Shown here piece by piece: positions 1 to 9,348 of a DNA stretch of 25,005 bases. The stretch comes from Elusimicrobiota bacterium (GTDB lineage: Bacteria; Elusimicrobiota; Elusimicrobia; UBA1565): positions 1 to 25,005 of the forward strand of contig JBFIEP010000001.1 of assembly GCA_041603335.1 (NCBI GenBank). Direction: 5' to 3'. A model generated the notes under the pieces. The model had not been told where the DNA came from and did no database searches. It saw only the letters and a program-made list of their open reading frames with translations. Every line of letters starts with the position of its first letter. Positions within the stretch are counted from its first letter, which is position 1. A program made the translations under genes and the position numbers.

Positions 1-510
1 AAGGCCGCTCATCGCGCACCGAACGCCATACTCCGCCGGAGAGCGTTTCCACGGCGTGTCCTTAAACATTCTCAACAACCCGCCCCAGCGCGCACGAACA
101 ACAGTCCAGCCCCTTTCGACAGGATGCTCTTCAACAGAATCCTTCTCCAAGGATTCGACCGAGAGCCGCCGACCTGCCGAGAGGATCTCAATGGCGGCGG
201 GCCCCAAGCGAACAAGCCACAACAGCCCGAGAGCTAAATTTCTTCGCCGGGCGTCATTGCCGTAAAACAATCCTCCATAAGGGTCCATCAACTCCCCTTT
301 CGAGAAGGGTTTCCCGTTATAGCGGATCTCAAGAAAGCCCGCACCTTGCCGGACCCGGTAGTCTTTTGCTCCCGCGGCAACCGCCGCCCGCACCCAAAAG
401 AAAACTCCCCGCTTTGGATCAGGGAGTTGGTAGCGCTCAAGCTTCTTTAAAGCACGCTTACGGTCGATGCGAAATCCGCCGCTTTCGACGAGCTCAGCGT
501 CGTCACTCAT
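1..510 (-). CDS. Partial CDS (3' end outside window): hypothetical protein with a degenerate GHKL/HSP90-like N-terminal region
   Basis: Not in the ORF track. ATG at 510-508 lies 1 nt after the stop of 512..1021, and the frame stays open to base 1 (170 codons): MSDDAELVESGGFRIDRKRALKKLERYQLPDPKRGVFFWVRAAVAAGAKDYRVRQGAGFLEIRYNGKPFSKGEL... The pattern F.ID..rAl.KL..YQL.DP......vrAAVA.GA..y.i resembles GHKL N-termini but lacks the N-box Asn. The CDS is well supported; the function is tentative. Confidence 0.75.
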   Translation of the reverse strand, partial: MSDDAELVESGGFRIDRKRALKKLERYQLPDPKRGVFFWVRAAVAAGAKDYRVRQGAGFLEIRYNGKPFSKGELMDPYGGLFYGNDARRRNLALGLLWLVRLGPAAIEILSAGRRLSVESLEKDSVEEHPVERGWTVVRARWGGLLRMFKDTPWKRSPAEYGVRCAMSGL

Positions 511-511
511 G

Positions 512-1021
512 TTATTTCAGGGGTTCAAACAAATCGACTTCCATCAACTCGAGGCTCGTGCGCAGCTCGGTACTCTTCCCATCGGGCGAAGCCATCATCG
601 CATCCGACACGGCAATGACCGTATTCCCATCCCACCAGAAATACGTCTCATCGACACGGCGCGGTTCGCCATACATGAGCGATAGTTCAATAACAAGCTC
701 CCCGATCGGCATCTTGCGGGAGTAGTCTTTCGTATAGATGACCTGGATGTGAGCGAGCCGCATTCCTTCAAAACCCAGGCGCATGGAATCCGCCTCGATC
801 GGGAAATACTTGGCCTGCGTACGATCCAGCAGTACCCGCCGTAAATTTCCCTGCGGGTCCTGATACGCACTCCATTTCCGCTTGGGGGGGTATACATATT
901 CGATTTCAGTTATCGAATCACCCAGTTTAAGACTCTCAAGATAACGCTGAACCGTCTCACTTCCCCGGGAAGAGGAAGTGATGAGCAATAAGCAGGGTAC
1001 GAGCAAGAGGAAGCGTCTCAT
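512..1021 (-). CDS. Hypothetical exported protein (169 aa, signal-peptide-like N-terminus)
   Basis: ORF track; MRRFLLLVPCLLLITSSSRG has basic residues followed by a hydrophobic core; tightly packed between its neighbours (9 nt and 1 nt gaps). Confidence 0.8.
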   Translation of the reverse strand: MRRFLLLVPCLLLITSSSRGSETVQRYLESLKLGDSITEIEYVYPPKRKWSAYQDPQGNLRRVLLDRTQAKYFPIEADSMRLGFEGMRLAHIQVIYTKDYSRKMPIGELVIELSLMYGEPRRVDETYFWWDGNTVIAVSDAMMASPDGKSTELRTSLELMEVDLFEPLK

Positions 1022-1030
1022 GGTGTCTAA

Positions 1031-2152
1031 TTACTTCTCGGCCCGGGCGACGAGCCCAAAATCTTTGCGGTAATGCTTGTATGCAATATCTCCGACCTTG
1101 GTGATGAATTCCTTGGCGCGGCCGTAACTCGCATTGCGGCCGGTCAGCACCGTAATAACAAAATCGCCGTTGGGGGAATACACAACACCGGCATCATGGC
1201 ACGAGCGGCGCAGAAGTCCTGTCTTATGAGCGATCTCCCAGCCGACAGGAAGCTTTTTCGCAAGACGCGTTTTTCCCTTCTTCCCCTTCATAATGTCCAA
1301 CATCAGTTCAGAGGCAAAACTATTTACCAATTGACCGCGATAAGCCTTTTCGAAGATACCCGTCATCTCACGCGCAGTCGTATAGTTCTCGTAGCGAACG
1401 CGCCCGCTCGTTAAACGCAGTCCTTCCGGATAAATTTCGGTATAGACCAGCCCCATCGTCGGAAAGAAGTTTTGCAAATACCCCATTCCGACCTCATCGA
1501 TAAGAAGCAGCATCGCGGTATTATCGGAACGCTGCATCATCTGCTCTAGGAGCTGACGCACCGTGAAGCGGGTTCCATCCCGCCGCCACTTTATCCGGCC
1601 GGAGCCCCCCATGCGCGTGCTGCGGCGGAGTTTGAGCTTGCTATGCAAAGAAAGCCGGCCATTGTGAATCTTGTCAAACACCCCGACCATGACCGGAACC
1701 TTAATGAGGCTTGCCGAGGGGAATAAATCGTCTGGGTGGTAGGCGTAGGTCCAACCGCGCCCCAAATCCCGGACGATTATCGCAACCCGCGCAGGATAGG
1801 CGCGCGCCGCCTTCTCCAGCTCGGCACTCATCTTCTCGAACTCGGGAAGCATGGCGCGATCTTCTTCGGTCAGCGGCCGGGAACTCGCACGCTCGGTGGA
1901 TTCCGGATGGCTCTCTTCCAAAAGCGAGCGGGCCGGATCACTCCCGACGAAACGATCGGACAGCATGCCGCCGGGAGCCGCCAGCATGTAAATCATCGGC
2001 GCAGCGATAAGAAAAATTACGAGGGGAAACTGGAACGAATCAGATGGGACCCAGCTCAAGGCTGAGACAACGCGATCACTAAAGCGCCGTCTCAGCCTCG
2101 ACCGGGAGCGGGAATTACTTAACTTCTGCGGGCGCCTTCGATTCGAAGACAA
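1031..2152 (-). CDS. Class A beta-lactamase-related serine hydrolase / PBP-like protein with an N-terminal membrane anchor
   Basis: Motifs SASLIK (SxxK), SDN and HKTG in the canonical order; Arg-rich N-terminus followed by a hydrophobic segment (FPLVIFLIAAPMIYMLAA). The TTG start overlaps the clpC end by 38 nt and is preceded by an AAGGTGG SD-like sequence; the exact start is uncertain. Confidence 0.88.
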   Translation of the reverse strand: MSSNRRRPQKLSNSRSRSRLRRRFSDRVVSALSWVPSDSFQFPLVIFLIAAPMIYMLAAPGGMLSDRFVGSDPARSLLEESHPESTERASSRPLTEEDRAMLPEFEKMSAELEKAARAYPARVAIIVRDLGRGWTYAYHPDDLFPSASLIKVPVMVGVFDKIHNGRLSLHSKLKLRRSTRMGGSGRIKWRRDGTRFTVRQLLEQMMQRSDNTAMLLLIDEVGMGYLQNFFPTMGLVYTEIYPEGLRLTSGRVRYENYTTAREMTGIFEKAYRGQLVNSFASELMLDIMKGKKGKTRLAKKLPVGWEIAHKTGLLRRSCHDAGVVYSPNGDFVITVLTGRNASYGRAKEFITKVGDIAYKHYRKDFGLVARAEK

Positions 2153-4601
2153 GCTCTTCCACCTTCTCGTCGCCTTTGTGTGTGACCCGGATCACCGAAC
2201 CCTTATCAAACTTCTGAAGCAGGATATCTTCGGCAAGCGGATCCTCAATTAGGCGCTGGATAGTCCGCTGCAGCGGACGTGCTCCGTAATTAGCATCAAA
2301 TCCTTCACTAATGAGATGCTTCTTGGCACTGTCATCGAATTTAATATCGTAGCCCTGGGCTTCGACCTTCTTCACAACTCGCTTGAGCATGATTTCGAGA
2401 ATCTTGGTCATTTCCTTCTCGGTGAGCGGGTGGAACACAAGAATTTCATCGACGCGATTAATGAATTCGGGGTTGAAGACCCGCTTCACCTCGTCCATTA
2501 CCGTACCCTTCATATCCTTATAATCCTTTTCTGAATCTTCCTTCGGAGCAAACCCAAGGGATTTGCCCTTCGTGATCAGACGCGCACCGACGTTTGATGT
2601 CATGATAATGACGCTATTCTTGAAGCTGACTTTATGCCCAAGGTTATCGGAGAGAATTCCATCCTCCATAACCTGAAGCAGGATATTGAACACATCGGGA
2701 TGGGCCTTCTCGATTTCGTCGAGAAGCACGACGGAATAGGGTTTGCGCCGCACGGCCTCGGTTAGCTGACCGCCCTCTTCATAACCGACATACCCGGGAG
2801 GAGCACCAATCAAGCGCGAAACAGCAAACTTTTCCATGTACTCGGACATGTCGATACGAACCATCGCGTCTTCATTGCCAAACAAGGTTTCTGCGAGCGC
2901 ACGCGCAAGCTCGGTTTTTCCGACACCGGTAGGACCAAGGAACACAAAAGATCCGATCGGCTTCTTTGGATCCTTAAGCCCTGTGCGCGAACGGCGGATG
3001 GCTTTCGCGATTGCCCTGATCGCCTCTTCCTGGCCGATCAGTCTCTTGTGAAGCTCTTCTTCCATCTTCACAAGTTTCTGTGTTTCGGTTTCGGTCAGAC
3101 GCGTGACCGGAACGCCGGTCCACTTGCTGACGACATGGGCGATATCCTCTTCGGAAATCTCCGGAGTCGTTTGATCGCGCTTTTCGCGCCACTTCTTCTT
3201 GTCGTCTTCTAGAGCTTTGCGCAGTTCTTTCTCCTTGTCGCGCAGGCGTGCCGCTTTTTCATATTCCTGGTTCGCGATCGCCGCAGACTTATCTTTAACG
3301 ACTTCCGCGATCCCCGACTCCTTTTCCTTGAACTCCGGAGGTGCTTGAGTCGTCTGTAGACGCGCACGCGATCCCGCCTCATCGATCAAGTCAATCGCCT
3401 TGTCAGGCAGGTAGCGCTCGGTGATATAGCGATCGGAAAGCTCCGCCGCCGCATTAAGGGCCTCATCGGTGTACTTGGCTTTGTGATGCGCCTCATACTT
3501 GTCTTTCAGCCCGTGAAGAATTTGAACCGTTTCATCAACAGACGGCGGCTCAACGAGAATCGCTTGGAAGCGGCGCTCAAGAGCGGCGTCGTGCTCGATA
3601 TACTTGCGGTACTCATCAAGCGTGGTCGCACCGATGCACTGCAGTTCACCGCGCGCAAGAGCGGGCTTAAGCATGTTGGACGCGTCGATCGCACCCTCTG
3701 CCGCACCCGCACCGATCACCGTGTGCAGTTCGTCGATGAAAAGAATAATCGAGTTCCGCGAGCGGCGGATTTCTTCAATGATGTTTTTGAGGCGCTGCTC
3801 GAACTCACCGCGGTACTTGGTCCCCGCCACAACCGAAGCGAGATCAAGCGTCAGCACGCGCTTGGAGGCAAGCAACTCAGGGATGTCCCCGGAAACAATT
3901 TTCTGAGCGAGGCCTTCGACGATCGCCGTTTTGCCGACGCCGGGATCACCGATGAGCACCGGATTGTTCTTAGTGCGGCGCGCGCAAATCTGAATCACGC
4001 GCTCGATCTCATCGGCTCGACCGATGACCGGATCCAAACGCCCGTCGCGCGCGTGGGCGGTGAGGTCGCGTCCGAATTCATCAAGCGTCGGCGTCTTTGA
4101 TTTTGACCGTGCACCCGAACCGCTCTGGCCGCCTTGCTGCGGACCGCCAACCTGAGGGGATTGTCCTTCACCGAGAAGATTGAGAACCTCTTCGCGCACA
4201 ACATCGAGGCGCAAACCGAGATTTTCAAGGACGCGCGCGGCGACCCCTTCCTCTTCTCGAATGAGGCCGAGCAGCAAATGCTCGGTCCCAACGTAAGAGT
4301 GCCCCATGTGCTGGGCTTCCTCGACTGCGTATTCGAGAACCTTCTTCGCGCGGGGGGTGAATGGAATTTCACCGAGCAGCATAACGTTATCGCCGGTTCC
4401 GACGATTTTTTCAATCTCGGACCGTACCCGGCGCAAGTCTACGCCGAGATTCGCAAGGACCTGGGCGGCGACGCCTTCTCCGAGTGCGATCAATCCAAGG
4501 AGAATGTGCTCCGTCCCCACATAGTCATGATTGAGTCTCTTCGCCTCTTCTTGGGCGATGAGAATTACACGCTGGGCTCGTTCAGTAAATCGGTTAGACA
4601 T
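2115..4601 (-). CDS. clpC: ATP-dependent Clp protease ATP-binding subunit ClpC
   Basis: Double Clp-N repeat ([15 protein letters not shown]; [10 protein letters not shown]); Walker A GDPGVGKT and GPTGVGKT; Walker B LFIDE and VLLDE; short UVR-type M-domain ([15 protein letters not shown]); ClpP-docking LGF loop; GARPL motif; GAGGG SD upstream. Confidence 0.97.
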   Translation of the reverse strand: MSNRFTERAQRVILIAQEEAKRLNHDYVGTEHILLGLIALGEGVAAQVLANLGVDLRRVRSEIEKIVGTGDNVMLLGEIPFTPRAKKVLEYAVEEAQHMGHSYVGTEHLLLGLIREEEGVAARVLENLGLRLDVVREEVLNLLGEGQSPQVGGPQQGGQSGSGARSKSKTPTLDEFGRDLTAHARDGRLDPVIGRADEIERVIQICARRTKNNPVLIGDPGVGKTAIVEGLAQKIVSGDIPELLASKRVLTLDLASVVAGTKYRGEFEQRLKNIIEEIRRSRNSIILFIDELHTVIGAGAAEGAIDASNMLKPALARGELQCIGATTLDEYRKYIEHDAALERRFQAILVEPPSVDETVQILHGLKDKYEAHHKAKYTDEALNAAAELSDRYITERYLPDKAIDLIDEAGSRARLQTTQAPPEFKEKESGIAEVVKDKSAAIANQEYEKAARLRDKEKELRKALEDDKKKWREKRDQTTPEISEEDIAHVVSKWTGVPVTRLTETETQKLVKMEEELHKRLIGQEEAIRAIAKAIRRSRTGLKDPKKPIGSFVFLGPTGVGKTELARALAETLFGNEDAMVRIDMSEYMEKFAVSRLIGAPPGYVGYEEGGQLTEAVRRKPYSVVLLDEIEKAHPDVFNILLQVMEDGILSDNLGHKVSFKNSVIIMTSNVGARLITKGKSLGFAPKEDSEKDYKDMKGTVMDEVKRVFNPEFINRVDEILVFHPLTEKEMTKILEIMLKRVVKKVEAQGYDIKFDDSAKKHLISEGFDANYGARPLQRTIQRLIEDPLAEDILLQKFDKGSVIRVTHKGDEKVEELVFESKAPAEVK

Positions 4602-4846
4602 AGATAATCCCTCTGGTTAATGCGTAATAGACGAACTGCTCGTCAAATACGAGGGAGACGCTTGCGCCTCCTTCAGTATTGTACAACTTTGTTAAATATT
4701 CAATACGAAGCTCCTTCCTTAATATAGTGCCGGGGGAAACCGAATCCCCCTCATTGACCTAGATCAACCCGGGGTCAAGGATGTAGAAAAGATCCTAGGC
4801 CCCTTTAATTCTGAATTTTCCATACAAGCACTACATATCCATACAT

Positions 4847-4862
4847 TGGGCCGTCGGTCCCA
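4847..4862. promoter_or_regulatory. Candidate operator, 16-bp imperfect palindrome TGGGCCGTCGGTCCCA upstream of P1
   Basis: 14/16 identical to the site at 15382-15397; related copies at 12157-12172 and 24964-24979. Confidence 0.55.
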
Positions 4863-5004
4863 TGGGGTGTTGGGCCCTTTAATTTCTCCTATTTGCCTGA
4901 TCGACCTATAGGTGATTTGAGGCGCTGTTATACAATCGAGAGGTCGCCATGGGAAGCGGCAGACGTGCCGTAGAAGTAAAAATGCCGAACAATCGAGGGA
5001 ACAC

Positions 5005-8000
5005 ATGATTCTTAAACAGTCCATTTCGGGACTTCTCGTAATCACTCTCTGTAGCAGTCACGCCACTCCCGCCTTTAGCCGTACGATCGCCGCGGGAAAC
5101 ACGGCGAATGCAAAGGTCGGCATGCCGGCCGCCATCAACACTCCGGCAACGTCTCTCACCACTCTCCCTCAAAACTCTCCCGCCCTCAACGGCGGGATTT
5201 CTTTTGCCCCATCCAACCTTCCCACATTGGATATGGCAAACCCGGCAACCTTGTCGCTAAACGTTACCGGTGTCGCTGGAAAATCTGCTGCAGTCGTTCC
5301 CTCGAATGCAGCCGTTATCCGACAACAGGCACCCGCGGGGTCGATCGCGTCCGTTATGCCCGCTCAGCCGGTCGTTCGCCGAGGACGTACGGCGAACGTC
5401 CAACTTTCCAATGCCGCTGCCCCCAACGCTGCTAAAAAAGAAACGGTTCTTGGATCGGCCGGTGAGCTTAACGCCGCAACCAAGAAATCAGGATTCGGCC
5501 GTGCCGCTCTTGGTCTCTTTAATCGCTTCTTTGACGGATTCGGAAAACGACAGACGCTCAACGGTGCCGATGAAGTAAAAGGGAAAGCGGCACCCGCGCG
5601 GCGCGGCGCTCTCGGCGACGTAGTCTTCCACGCTCTTAAAGACGGCAGCGACATCCGCACGCATCTTCCGCGAACTGTCGTTGTTTACGATACCTTCGCA
5701 GACAAAGCGCCCCAAGCAACTGTCAGCCGCCTACAAACCCTTATTAATGAAGGCGTACACATTGTTGTTATTTCCGACCGTCCCGAACGCGGCGAAGGGT
5801 CGATCGACGAAATTCTCGTTTCTAAACTGAAACCCTCAAAAACGAATCCGATCGCTGTCGCCAGCTATGCCGGTGCGCGCATCTCCTTTAAAGAGTCCTC
5901 GAAATGGACCGTCGTCAATGAAGCCGGTGCCTTCCAGGCGTCCGACATTGACCGCTTGGCGGAAATCGCCGCGCGTGCAAGTAGTGCCGTTAAACTTAAG
6001 AACACTCCCTCCTACACGGTTTCCCCAAAACAGGGCGACGCCCTCTCCGTTGAATTCCACCTGGAAGGAAAAGACCGGACCGGAAAAATTGTCGAAGCCC
6101 GGCGCCGCAATTTCATTGTCCGTTTTAACCGCTCGCTGTCTGCATCCAAGTCACCCTACCGCGCGCAGGAAAACCCCAACGACCCCGCCTCGATTATCAT
6201 AAACGCCTTGGCCCCGCGGCTCGCATTAGGCCGCATCGACAATGCGCTCAATGAACGCTTTAAAGGCGAAGACCTCACAGGAAAAGGCGACGAGACCATG
6301 GTCCTTTTAAGCGCGCGCGGGAACGAATCCTTCATGCGTACGATCACCGCCGATCCGGAATCCGTCCCGGGCTTGTTCCGCAACGCCTCCGTTCTCGACG
6401 CAGCCGATGCCGGCGCCCAAGCTTCGCTGCTCGGCGCCGTTGTCGAGGGGTCTCAACAGGCACCCATCGACGTTTCCATGAGCGACATGCGCCAATACCT
6501 CGACTTCTGGCGTCCCGTACTCGGCCGCAGCGGCAAAATAGCGAAGAGCAAGAACAACACCTCCGCAGGACGCTTCGGTCTTTTCACATGGCAGGTCCTG
6601 CACGACCTCATGACCGACTTCTACGTGGACACCGCCCGCGCCGGAACGAAATACACGAACTTCGGAAAATTCCGGGACTCGCTGCGCATGCGCTGGGCCG
6701 GAAAATCCAAGGACGGAAAGTTCCAACGCTATCGCGGTTCCAAGGCCGGAAAGACCGCAAACTCCGAATACCTCCGACACGCAGAACGCTTCGCCGAGAA
6801 TTTCTGGCAGCGCGAAATCGGCGACTTCCGAACCGCGCAGCTGGACATCCGTGAAAACCTTGTCACTGAAGGGAAGGTTTACACCCAAGTCCCTCTTCGA
6901 TCGCCGTTCACGGGACACACCTATAATCTCGGCGTTTCCATTGACCGCGTCATGAAGGTAGATACCTCCCAGGGCCGGGAATTAAACGCGACGATTTACC
7001 GGTTCGGAAAAGAGGCCGCGACCGACGGCGATGAAGCCCAAGCCCGCGCGGTGGCTCTCGCCGTGCTTCGCGGCTACGGCCGCAAAGGCGTGGACCTAAA
7101 GTGGCACCAGGGCTCCATTGAAGGACCGGCGCTGGCTCGCATCACCGTTCAAATCGAATACCTGAAACGCGCCCGGATTTTCGACTTCACGCCGGATGAA
7201 CTCCTTCAGATTGAAGCCGACGGCTCAATCTCCCAAGGCCCGAAAGCGCTCGAACTCGTTAACGAGATTGAATCCGCACAAGCCGACTACAAGTATGTCG
7301 CCTCTAAAAAGAAGAAGAGCAAGGTTGCTCCCAATCCGGAATGGGAGGGAACGGAGTGGGATGTCCGGGGAGAAGCCCTGAGTAACGTTTTTGCCGGGTA
7401 TTACCCCGACGCCCCAACCGTAGACCGTCTTCGCCCATTTATGAGTGAAGCGACCGCGCTTCGACCGCAGCCGAAATCGGAGCGCAGAGCGCAGATCGAA
7501 ATTCTCGACTCCAAAATCAACTGGCCCTCAAACGCCAAGACGCCCGACCCGATCGATGAGGACGGGTCCCAGATTGAAGACGATATCGAAGCGACGCCGC
7601 GCGTCGTTTTCATCGAAGACATTTTTAATGAACCCGCCGATGACGCAACGGTGGATCGCGTCCAGCGCCTCATCGATGCGGGAGCCCACGTCGTGTTTAT
7701 GACAGCGCGCCCGCACAAAGGGGAGGATTCCGCTGACAGCGTTCTTCTAGACCGTCTCAAGGTCGGACAGGCAAACCCGGTCATCGTCGCCAGCAACAAC
7801 GGCGGCCGCATCGCACTCCACTCCCGAGCGAAGGCATCGAAGCCTTATATTGACGACAGCCGGGCCTTTAACGACGAGACGCTCAAAACCTTCGACACCG
7901 TGGCCAATACCCTTTCCGGCGATCTCGACATTGAGTTTGAAATCGAAGGAACGGCGTTCCAATACGATATCTGGATTCCGCAATCGGTTTCCGCCGGCGA

Positions 8001-9348
8001 CGTCGCTTCAACCCGCTCAAAGTTAATCCGCGGCTTTAACGCGGCAATGAAAGCGGAAGGCCTCGAGTACACCATTCAGAAGCACCCGAAAAACCCGCGC
8101 CAGCTATGGGTCCGCTCCCAGCCGATGCGCATGTCGCTTGACCGCATCTTCCAAGCCCTCGACAAGCGTTTCGCAGGCGAAGAACTTCTCACCCGCCCGG
8201 AAACGTTCTTAGTGATCGGAGACTCGAAACGCTCGCTGAAGCTTTCGAAGGCCTGGCCGAAACTGACGACCTTCCGCTCGGCGCAGAACGAAAGCGAGAT
8301 TTTCGACTACCTCGGAAACATTCTCGGGGATCGAAAACAAAAGCAGGTAGGCGTTAAGCTCGGTGAGATTCGCTCCTACAGTGAGTTCTGGGAACCGATG
8401 CTGGAACGCCGTTCCGGAAACTTCGGAAGCGGGGGACACCAAAGCGCCCGAATGACCGAAGAAGACCGCCGCTACCACGGACCGTTAGCGATGTTCACCG
8501 GGTCTATCTTCTACAAGTTAATGCCGGAACTTTTCGAGAACGTTTGGCGCGGACAAGCCCGCAACACATCACGGTCGCACGCCATGAAGCGCCTTGAAGA
8601 TATGTGGCGCAATCCGGAAAAAGAAGGCGTGTTTGTCAGCAAGCGGCAGGCAGCGGTGATGAGCGAGCCCGGCTGGAAAACCCGCTCACGCGGCTACCTG
8701 CAGCGGGCACTCACGCTCTTTGGTGAAATTTACGACCGCACGTTCGACCACTACACCGACGCGGCCCAGGACATCATGCACAACATGGCCGCCCTCGCGA
8801 CCGATCGCCAAAGCCTGATCACGCTCGTTTTCAAGTCAGGCGGAAAGATCTACAAAGTATTCACGCGGCTGCCGCGGCTCATGAAGCATGACACCGTAGA
8901 CGGTCGGGTGTTGTCGGTAATCGCGTATCGCACCGGAAAGGAGCCTTTCGAAGGCGACGGCGGCGGAATTTACGCGAAAACGCTCGCGATGGCCGTTCTC
9001 GCCGGGTTCGCACAGCCCGGAAACGACGGCCAGTGGCACGACGGCTGGGCACAAGGACCGCGCATTTCAAAACTCCACATTCGATTGGAGTACAAGCAGG
9101 GAGCGCGGGATCTTTACTTCGACCCGAGCGACTTCTTTAAGATCCTGCCCAACGGCAGCTACCGCCAAGGTGTTGTCGTTAAGGAAATCGCAAATTTGAT
9201 CGAGCGCATGCGCGCCGATGAAGAGTTTCAAGAGCACTTCAAAGCTGAGAACGAAAAAGCGACCGATGAAGAAATCGCGGAAGCCAAGAAGAAGGGCAAG
9301 GGGACTGCCAAAAAACCGGCGGTCCTACAGAAGGGGGCAAAAAAATGA
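5005..9348 (+). CDS. P1: 1447-aa leader-bearing protein with two tandem ~550-aa units, each a degenerate HAD-IIB-like domain plus a degenerate PD-(D/E)XK-like domain
   Basis: GAGGGA SD 4 nt before the ATG; signal-peptide-like N-terminus. The internal duplication is visible in aligned blocks (VHIVVISDRP/AHVVFMTARP; NPIAVASYAGARI/NPVIVASNNGGRI; IYRFGKE/IAYRTGKE; WHQGSIEGPAL/WHDGWAQGPRI; IEYLKRAR.FDF/LEYKQGAR.LYF). Confidence 0.9.
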   Translation: MILKQSISGLLVITLCSSHATPAFSRTIAAGNTANAKVGMPAAINTPATSLTTLPQNSPALNGGISFAPSNLPTLDMANPATLSLNVTGVAGKSAAVVPSNAAVIRQQAPAGSIASVMPAQPVVRRGRTANVQLSNAAAPNAAKKETVLGSAGELNAATKKSGFGRAALGLFNRFFDGFGKRQTLNGADEVKGKAAPARRGALGDVVFHALKDGSDIRTHLPRTVVVYDTFADKAPQATVSRLQTLINEGVHIVVISDRPERGEGSIDEILVSKLKPSKTNPIAVASYAGARISFKESSKWTVVNEAGAFQASDIDRLAEIAARASSAVKLKNTPSYTVSPKQGDALSVEFHLEGKDRTGKIVEARRRNFIVRFNRSLSASKSPYRAQENPNDPASIIINALAPRLALGRIDNALNERFKGEDLTGKGDETMVLLSARGNESFMRTITADPESVPGLFRNASVLDAADAGAQASLLGAVVEGSQQAPIDVSMSDMRQYLDFWRPVLGRSGKIAKSKNNTSAGRFGLFTWQVLHDLMTDFYVDTARAGTKYTNFGKFRDSLRMRWAGKSKDGKFQRYRGSKAGKTANSEYLRHAERFAENFWQREIGDFRTAQLDIRENLVTEGKVYTQVPLRSPFTGHTYNLGVSIDRVMKVDTSQGRELNATIYRFGKEAATDGDEAQARAVALAVLRGYGRKGVDLKWHQGSIEGPALARITVQIEYLKRARIFDFTPDELLQIEADGSISQGPKALELVNEIESAQADYKYVASKKKKSKVAPNPEWEGTEWDVRGEALSNVFAGYYPDAPTVDRLRPFMSEATALRPQPKSERRAQIEILDSKINWPSNAKTPDPIDEDGSQIEDDIEATPRVVFIEDIFNEPADDATVDRVQRLIDAGAHVVFMTARPHKGEDSADSVLLDRLKVGQANPVIVASNNGGRIALHSRAKASKPYIDDSRAFNDETLKTFDTVANTLSGDLDIEFEIEGTAFQYDIWIPQSVSAGDVASTRSKLIRGFNAAMKAEGLEYTIQKHPKNPRQLWVRSQPMRMSLDRIFQALDKRFAGEELLTRPETFLVIGDSKRSLKLSKAWPKLTTFRSAQNESEIFDYLGNILGDRKQKQVGVKLGEIRSYSEFWEPMLERRSGNFGSGGHQSARMTEEDRRYHGPLAMFTGSIFYKLMPELFENVWRGQARNTSRSHAMKRLEDMWRNPEKEGVFVSKRQAAVMSEPGWKTRSRGYLQRALTLFGEIYDRTFDHYTDAAQDIMHNMAALATDRQSLITLVFKSGGKIYKVFTRLPRLMKHDTVDGRVLSVIAYRTGKEPFEGDGGGIYAKTLAMAVLAGFAQPGNDGQWHDGWAQGPRISKLHIRLEYKQGARDLYFDPSDFFKILPNGSYRQGVVVKEIANLIERMRADEEFQEHFKAENEKATDEEIAEAKKKGKGTAKKPAVLQKGAKK
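5665..9240 (+). repeat. Protein-level tandem duplication within P1 (unit 1 ~5665-7320, unit 2 ~7594-9240)
   Basis: Collinear amino-acid similarity over the whole unit with an offset of 643 codons; diverged at the DNA level. Confidence 0.85.

Noticed and set aside
512-1021. Possible BLIP-like (beta-lactamase inhibitor) fold next to the beta-lactamase-like gene
   Set aside because: Only a generic YGEP...YFW pattern common to many small exported proteins; not supportable without a structure search.
3483-4607. Plus-strand ORFs of 205 and 157 aa (and shorter ones) opposite clpC
   Set aside because: Antisense shadows of a highly conserved gene; no recognisable motifs or start signals.
4754-4779. 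GGTCAA/TTGACC elements upstream of clpC resembling a CtsR box
   Set aside because: CtsR boxes are direct heptad repeats with 10-nt period. Here the best direct pair has an 11-nt period with mismatches, and there is no ctsR/mcsA/mcsB in the window. No CIRCE element either.
4764-5172. Small minus-strand ORFs 4764..5045 and 4906..5172
   Set aside because: They overlap the P1 start and its regulatory region and have no coding signature.
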